Below are positions 58,924 through 64,000 of a stretch of DNA of 64,000 nucleotides, piece after piece. Origin of the DNA: Thermoproteota archaeon (lineage in GTDB: Archaea; Korarchaeota; Korarchaeia; Korarchaeales; Korarchaeaceae). The stretch's first letter is position 1. Every line of letters starts with the position of its first letter. The stretch spans positions 256,001-320,000 of the forward strand of contig JALSOH010000006.1 in the NCBI GenBank assembly GCA_026986575.1, read 5' to 3'. A program made the position numbers and the translations under genes. The notes below the pieces were generated by a model. It ran no database searches. It was not told where the DNA came from and saw only the letters and a list, made by a program, of their open reading frames with translations.

Positions 58924-60108
58924 TCACAGGAGCTTCAAAGCCTCCTCTCCAAGCCTCCTACCCAGCTCCCTGGCCCTGTTTAGATCGCTCTCCTTGGGTT
59001 TACCCTTGAACGCCAGCTCATCCACCACGGGTATGCTTAGAGCCTCTAGTTCCTTCTTGACGGCCCTAGTACCGCCTCCTCCCCACCCGAAGGACCCGAG
59101 CACCGCCGCCACTTTGTTCTTGGGCCTGTACTCCCTGAGGAGGTCCAAGTAAAAGGTGATGCCTGGGAAGGGATGGCCGTTGTGCGTAGAGGTAGCCACG
59201 AGTATCGCGGCAGCCTCTAGGGTGTGGGCGAGCAGGTCGTCTGGATCGGTCTCCGCGCTGTCCACCAAAGCTACCTCGAGGCCGGTATCCCTCAATCCCT
59301 CAGCTGCCGCCTCGGCCGCCCTTGCTGTATTCTCGTACTGGCTTCCCACCACTACCAGAGCCCTCTTGAGCGGCTTCCAGGAGGTCCACCTCTCGTATAT
59401 GCTCAGCAGCTCCTTAATTTCCCTGTGGAGAGCCCCGTGGGATGGGGCTATTATCTTAGGATTCAGCTCTCTAACCTTAGCAACAGCCTTCGCTGCCATG
59501 GCGTGGTAGGGCATAAGTATGGAGGCATAGTAATCCAGTAACTCGAAGGAGTCGGGCGCTTCATCGTAGAAGACCTTATCGCTAGCACCGTGAGAACCGA
59601 ACAGGTCGCATGTGAACAGGATGGAGTCCTCCACTAGGTAGGTGAGCATTGTATCGGGCCAGTGGACCATGGGAGACAGGACGAAGCGCAGGGTCTTGTT
59701 CCCCAAGCTAATCTCATCCCCATCCCTCACCTCCCTTGCCCTGTCCATGGGGAAGTCGGCGAGCGCCTCACCTATGCTGAGGGCCTGCTTAGTTCCTAGG
59801 AGAACCGCCTCCTTCGCTCTCCTCATGACCTCTGCTAGAGTACCGGAGTGGTCCGGCTCTGTGTGCTGAGTGATCACATACCTTAGATCCTCGACCCTGA
59901 CCACGCTCTCAAGGGCCTCGAAAAACTCCTTAGAGAACCTGAAGTCGGCTCCGTCTATGAGGGCAGTCCCCTCACTCCCCTCCACCACATAGAAATTGTA
60001 TGATGTTCCGTTGGGGATGGGCCAGAAGTTCTCGAACCTTGGAAGTTTCGTGTTCAGGATCCTGACGAGGGTAACCCCCTCCGCTATCTCCTTCTTGAAC
60101 CAGCTCAT
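58924..60108 (-). CDS. fprA: Flavodiiron protein (FprA, A-type flavoprotein)
   Basis: GTSYN, HTEPDHSG, VHWPDTM, TCDLFG, PSHG; flavodoxin SQYENT and GSFGW. Confidence 0.93.
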   Translation of the reverse strand: MSWFKKEIAEGVTLVRILNTKLPRFENFWPIPNGTSYNFYVVEGSEGTALIDGADFRFSKEFFEALESVVRVEDLRYVITQHTEPDHSGTLAEVMRRAKEAVLLGTKQALSIGEALADFPMDRAREVRDGDEISLGNKTLRFVLSPMVHWPDTMLTYLVEDSILFTCDLFGSHGASDKVFYDEAPDSFELLDYYASILMPYHAMAAKAVAKVRELNPKIIAPSHGALHREIKELLSIYERWTSWKPLKRALVVVGSQYENTARAAEAAAEGLRDTGLEVALVDSAETDPDDLLAHTLEAAAILVATSTHNGHPFPGITFYLDLLREYRPKNKVAAVLGSFGWGGGGTRAVKKELEALSIPVVDELAFKGKPKESDLNRARELGRRLGEEALKLL

Positions 60109-60167
60109 GGGACTCACGCGCCTTGAGGCGGAGAATTCATAAAAATGTTGGTCGCATAAGGGCCAGT

Positions 60168-60866
60168 ATGTTCATAAAAGACAAGCTTGGCTCAGGTAGG
60201 TTCCTCGAGAGGCCCAATCGTTTCTTAGCAGTCTTAGACACGCTAGAGGGGAGGAGAAGATGCCATGTAAGGGATCCAGGAAGACTCACCGAATTGTTCG
60301 TGTGGGGTGCTCCGGTCGTCTTCCTAGAGAGATCTAATCCGGGGAGAAAAACCGATTGCGAGGTCCTCCTAGTGTGGGACGGCAGGGTGTGGACAGTCGT
60401 CAATTCCGGCCTTCATTCGGAGCTAGCTACCGAACTGCTAGCTTCGGGATTTCTACCGGAGCTCCAAGGCTTCGCCTCTGTGAGGAGGGAAGTGAATTAC
60501 GGGGATAGCAGGGTGGATTTCATGCTGGAATATCCGGGGAGGGTCCTCTATCTCGAGGTGAAGGGGTGCACGCTAGTCAGGGACGGCATGGCCCTGTTCC
60601 CGGATGCCCCCACCGAGAGAGGGAGGAGGCACGTGCTGAACCTGATCCGAGCTGTCGATGAGGGACATAGCGCGGCCGTTCTCTTCCTCGTGATGCGGCC
60701 GGACGCTGAATTTCTCATCCCAAACGCTAGGACCGATCCCAAGTTCGCTGAAGCCCTCAGAGAGGCCGAAAATAGGGGAGTGAGGATGCTCGCCGTCACC
60801 TTCCGTTACTTCGCTAGGAGAATCGAGCCCCTCGCCCGTATACCCGTGATTACCTCTCCTCAGTAA
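60168..60866 (+). CDS. sfsA: SfsA family nuclease (sugar fermentation stimulation protein)
   Basis: RPNRF, DPGRLTEL, SRVDF, EVKGCTL, FPDAPTERGRRH. Confidence 0.93.
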   Translation: MFIKDKLGSGRFLERPNRFLAVLDTLEGRRRCHVRDPGRLTELFVWGAPVVFLERSNPGRKTDCEVLLVWDGRVWTVVNSGLHSELATELLASGFLPELQGFASVRREVNYGDSRVDFMLEYPGRVLYLEVKGCTLVRDGMALFPDAPTERGRRHVLNLIRAVDEGHSAAVLFLVMRPDAEFLIPNARTDPKFAEALREAENRGVRMLAVTFRYFARRIEPLARIPVITSPQ

Positions 60867-63203
60867 GATCCTCCTAACGCCCCAGTAGACGAGGGCGAGG
60901 GAGAGAAGAGTCAGCGCGATGAAGGGATCAGAGCAGGGGTCCGCCGGTCCCATCGGATCGCACTTGAAAAGGGGCCCACTTATCAGCTTGGGAGTGACCC
61001 AAGACAGAACCGGGATGGAGGCAGCCAGCTCCATCAGGGCCAGGCCGGGCCCCCCGCCCATCATCGACACCATAAAGAGGGGTATTAGGGACCAATAGGG
61101 CCTTCCACCGGCAATTAAAAGGAAGACCCCGGCGGAAATGACCGAAACCTCTCTCTCGTTTCTCCAGATGAAGATGGGTATAAAGGCAGCAATGAGGCCT
61201 GCTAAAAGGGAGTATTCACCGAGTATGGGTCTCAACAACCCTCCAGTCACGTCAGAGGGCCAGTGGATCGATCCCGGGATGAGCATGGGCGGGATCAGTC
61301 CAGCTAGTACCCCTAGCGAGTAGATACGACCGTTCATCGAGATGACCAACGGGGCCGCGGTCAGGGTAAGCGGATTCACGGCACCCGAGATCCCTAACAG
61401 GACCGACGAGGGCAAGCGTCTTCCTCTTCTGGCCAGCATCATCGAATCCATAGCAAGAGCTACTGCCAGAATCGTCCAGTCGGATGAGGAGAGGAGCAGC
61501 ACGGCTAGGAGAGGTGCGTAAGTGAGGCCTCCACTCCCCTCGTAGAGGTCTAGGAGGATTATCAGGGAGGAGAGCATGACGATCATCCCGTAGGCCGCTC
61601 CCCTGATCCAGAGCTCGGATGAAGACTCGGTGAGGAAATGAGTGAGCACGTTAGAGAGGCCGATATCGTCCAGTCCGAGGAGCGCAGCTGGGCTGGTGGG
61701 CATGAAGGCCATGTAGTAGAGGACGAGGGAGGAGAACGCTGCCGTGAGGATTCCAAGGGAGAGGGAGAGACTCCTCGTATCCATGGCTAGGAGCGGTCTT
61801 AGGAAGGACAGTTCCTCAGGTAACTTCAGTCCTTCACCGAGCAGCGCTCTCGAGATATTCCTCCATTCCTCGCTGAGGTATCTGTTAACCTCACCTTCCC
61901 AGAGGGACAGGTAGGCCATGACCACTGAGAACGAGACAGCTACGGTTGAGGACAGCTGTACCGCGTAGAAGCTGTAGAGGGTCCTGTTTCCTTTCAAGAA
62001 GATGGCAGTATACCCCATTACGATGGAGCCGACGAACAGGATGGGTATATACTCCCTCCTCCTCTCTAGGAGGGCCGGAAGCAGGATGAAGGAGAACGCG
62101 AACACGAACGCGTAGGACACTAGGTTCACTCTGGCTATGAGATCGGGATTGTAATGAAGGGCCATCGGCGCTAGGTTGAAGAACCACGCCCATGGGGGGG
62201 AAGGGGTTGGGCCGCTTCCCCTGCTCGTTGTGTGCCATGCCACGGCGTTCAGGTTTTCAGTGATCCACCTCTCCACCCCTAGGTAGGAGATTACTGGGAG
62301 GGAAATTAGGATGTACGTTAAGGCGGGCGCTAGAACCTTAACTGAGGAAGGAAGGACCCTCTCCCTCCTGTATATCCTGAGATAGAGGTAGACGGCTAAT
62401 ACTACGAACAGTCCGCTGAATTTTACGGAGAACGCGAGCCAGCCAGCGATGGAGGCCGCCAGCGGCCTATCGTACACCACGAACAGGAGGGCTAGGGTTG
62501 TGAAGAAGGCTAGGTGTATGTCGAGCATGGCCACCATGCTCATGGAGACGAACATGGGATCGAGCACCAGGGAGAGGGATGCCACGACCCCCCACAGGGG
62601 ATTGAGTAACCTGCTTCCTATCAAGTAAACTAGGATAACCATGATGAAGCCTTCAATTAAACCTGGTAGCCTCCAACTCATCGGCTCATCGCCGAACAGG
62701 ATCATCGAGGCCATTATCAGGTACTTTCCCAATGGGGGATGCTCTAAGTTCAGGTAGTCATAGATGCCCTTCTTCGAAGGATACTCGAAGCCCGGTCTCA
62801 CCTTTATGGCTCCCCCACATCCCTCAAGCTTTGATAGGTTGGATTCTGGCACTCTCACCCAGAGAAGAGGTACTTTGTCCCCCGTCTCCGTGTAGTTGGC
62901 CCTCACCACACTCCCGTCCAGCTCGGAGAGGCACCTCTCCACATCGCTCATATGCTCCTCCAAGAACTCGCTGGATGTGAAGACGAGGGTCGCGTAAGCG
63001 TAACCCTCCCTCACGTACTTTGCGTTAACGCCGAATACCTCTTTAAGTAGGTTTCTTGCCGAGGTGGCGTACCACACCTCATCGCTTACGTAGTAATCAT
63101 CTCCCCTGTACTTACCTGACGATATCTCCCAGTAAGCGTAGCTTACGTAGGCCGTAGCCATGAGGAGGGTCAGCAGCAGACCTATCAGGAATGATCTCCT
63201 CAT
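60573..63203 (-). CDS. GT-C membrane glycosyltransferase (PMT/GT39-like) with a second membrane domain; true 3' end uncertain
   Basis: SDEVWY, EHPPLGKYL, WRLP, AMLDIH, SVKFSG; about 290 nt antisense overlap with sfsA. Confidence 0.8.
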   Translation of the reverse strand: MRRSFLIGLLLTLLMATAYVSYAYWEISSGKYRGDDYYVSDEVWYATSARNLLKEVFGVNAKYVREGYAYATLVFTSSEFLEEHMSDVERCLSELDGSVVRANYTETGDKVPLLWVRVPESNLSKLEGCGGAIKVRPGFEYPSKKGIYDYLNLEHPPLGKYLIMASMILFGDEPMSWRLPGLIEGFIMVILVYLIGSRLLNPLWGVVASLSLVLDPMFVSMSMVAMLDIHLAFFTTLALLFVVYDRPLAASIAGWLAFSVKFSGLFVVLAVYLYLRIYRRERVLPSSVKVLAPALTYILISLPVISYLGVERWITENLNAVAWHTTSRGSGPTPSPPWAWFFNLAPMALHYNPDLIARVNLVSYAFVFAFSFILLPALLERRREYIPILFVGSIVMGYTAIFLKGNRTLYSFYAVQLSSTVAVSFSVVMAYLSLWEGEVNRYLSEEWRNISRALLGEGLKLPEELSFLRPLLAMDTRSLSLSLGILTAAFSSLVLYYMAFMPTSPAALLGLDDIGLSNVLTHFLTESSSELWIRGAAYGMIVMLSSLIILLDLYEGSGGLTYAPLLAVLLLSSSDWTILAVALAMDSMMLARRGRRLPSSVLLGISGAVNPLTLTAAPLVISMNGRIYSLGVLAGLIPPMLIPGSIHWPSDVTGGLLRPILGEYSLLAGLIAAFIPIFIWRNEREVSVISAGVFLLIAGGRPYWSLIPLFMVSMMGGGPGLALMELAASIPVLSWVTPKLISGPLFKCDPMGPADPCSDPFIALTLLSLALVYWGVRRILLRRGNHGYTGEGLDSPSEVTEGDGEHPHSPIFGLSEGFSELGIGPSVWDEKFSVRPHHEEENGRAMSLIDSSDQVQHVPPPSLGGGIREQGHAVPD

Positions 63204-63204
63204 C

Positions 63205-64000
63205 TCACCACCACACCATGCTCTTGCTGAGGACATAGTTCACGAGGAACCCGACCAAGATGCCCACGAACTGGGAAGCCAAGGACTCTATCCCAAGGAA
63301 CCTGTGGAGGGATACCGAGACGCCGTACTGGGTGAATATGCCGGCCAGGTTGGCGGCATGATACCTCAGAACGCTCTGAATTAACCCGCTCCTTCTCCTC
63401 CTCCTAAATGTCCAGACATCGTTGAGCAGGAAGTTGCTCAGAAGAGATACCTCTATGGCGACGGCAGATGCGACCTCGTGTATCAGCCTGAGACCGTACC
63501 TCAGGATCCAGAGGACCGTCAAGTTTACTACCGTGCCAACGGCCCCCACTATTGCGAATCTGACTATGGGGGGGCTGAGCTCCATTACGTGCAACAAGTA
63601 GCTCAGTATTACGCCGCCTCCCAGCTTCGAAGAACCCCTCCCCCTCAAGCCAAAGGTATAGGGGACTTCACACACCTTGGAGTAGTTTCCCTTCACCAGC
63701 ACCTCTAGGAGGATCTTGAAGCCCTTAGGGTCCAGCTCCCCAAAGATCTCCTCTACAACAGATCTCCTGAACATGAAGTAACCGGAAGAAGGATCTCTTA
63801 TACCTCTGACCTTGGGAAGGAAGATCCAGGCGAGCAGTATTGATCCCTTAGAGATCATCCTCCTTATCAGCCCCCACCCAGTCACGGACCCTCCTTCCAC
63901 GTACCTAGAGGCTATTACTATGTCACAACCCTCCATCACCTTCCTGTACAGTTCGGGAAGCAGTTCAGGCGGGTGTTGGAGATCGGCATCCATCACCGCC
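63205..64000 (-). CDS. Dolichol-phosphate mannosyltransferase (GT2) with C-terminal GtrA domain, 5' truncated by window
   Basis: MDADLQHPPE, SRYVEGG, DPSSGYF, GFKILLE, then RFAIVGAVGTVVN GtrA. Confidence 0.9.
   Translation of the reverse strand, partial: AVMDADLQHPPELLPELYRKVMEGCDIVIASRYVEGGSVTGWGLIRRMISKGSILLAWIFLPKVRGIRDPSSGYFMFRRSVVEEIFGELDPKGFKILLEVLVKGNYSKVCEVPYTFGLRGRGSSKLGGGVILSYLLHVMELSPPIVRFAIVGAVGTVVNLTVLWILRYGLRLIHEVASAVAIEVSLLSNFLLNDVWTFRRRRRSGLIQSVLRYHAANLAGIFTQYGVSVSLHRFLGIESLASQFVGILVGFLVNYVLSKSMVWW

Noticed and set aside
1-64000. CRISPR array, rRNA, tRNA, IS transposase
   Set aside because: No regularly spaced repeats, RNA gene signatures or transposase motifs seen by eye; an intron-split tRNA could be missed

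Overview
Gene-dense archaeal chromosomal window. CDC48/VCP, GGTGA-type ribosome-binding sites, TATA-box promoters and heavy AGG/ATA codon use suggest a thermophilic TACK archaeon, most like Korarchaeia (inference). It carries the 3' end of a Xer-like tyrosine recombinase, surface proteins, an MPG glycosylase, two divergent uncharacterised winged-helix proteins, serA-like and class V aminotransferase genes, and a Liv-type ABC transporter with hydantoinase/oxoprolinase and a maleate-isomerase-family gene. Further along are a TorD / MFS-DUF47 fusion / dual-specificity phosphatase operon, a NikR-like regulator with a metal ABC system, a CydAA'-type bd oxidase, VapBC, a decayed MNT-HEPN pair, leuABCD-type genes, udp, cdc48, an adenine deaminase-MetF-MtrH operon, FprA with an NnrS-like protein, sfsA and protein O-mannosylation genes. 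I saw no CRISPR array, rRNA or tRNA. Most notable: the ade-metF-mtrH operon, near-identical DNA tracts shared by the two AAA modules of cdc48, the MFS-DUF47 fusion, a candidate C/D box RNA upstream of pcp, and several single-base frameshifts in G/C runs that may be assembly errors. All calls come from motif recognition; no searches were run.
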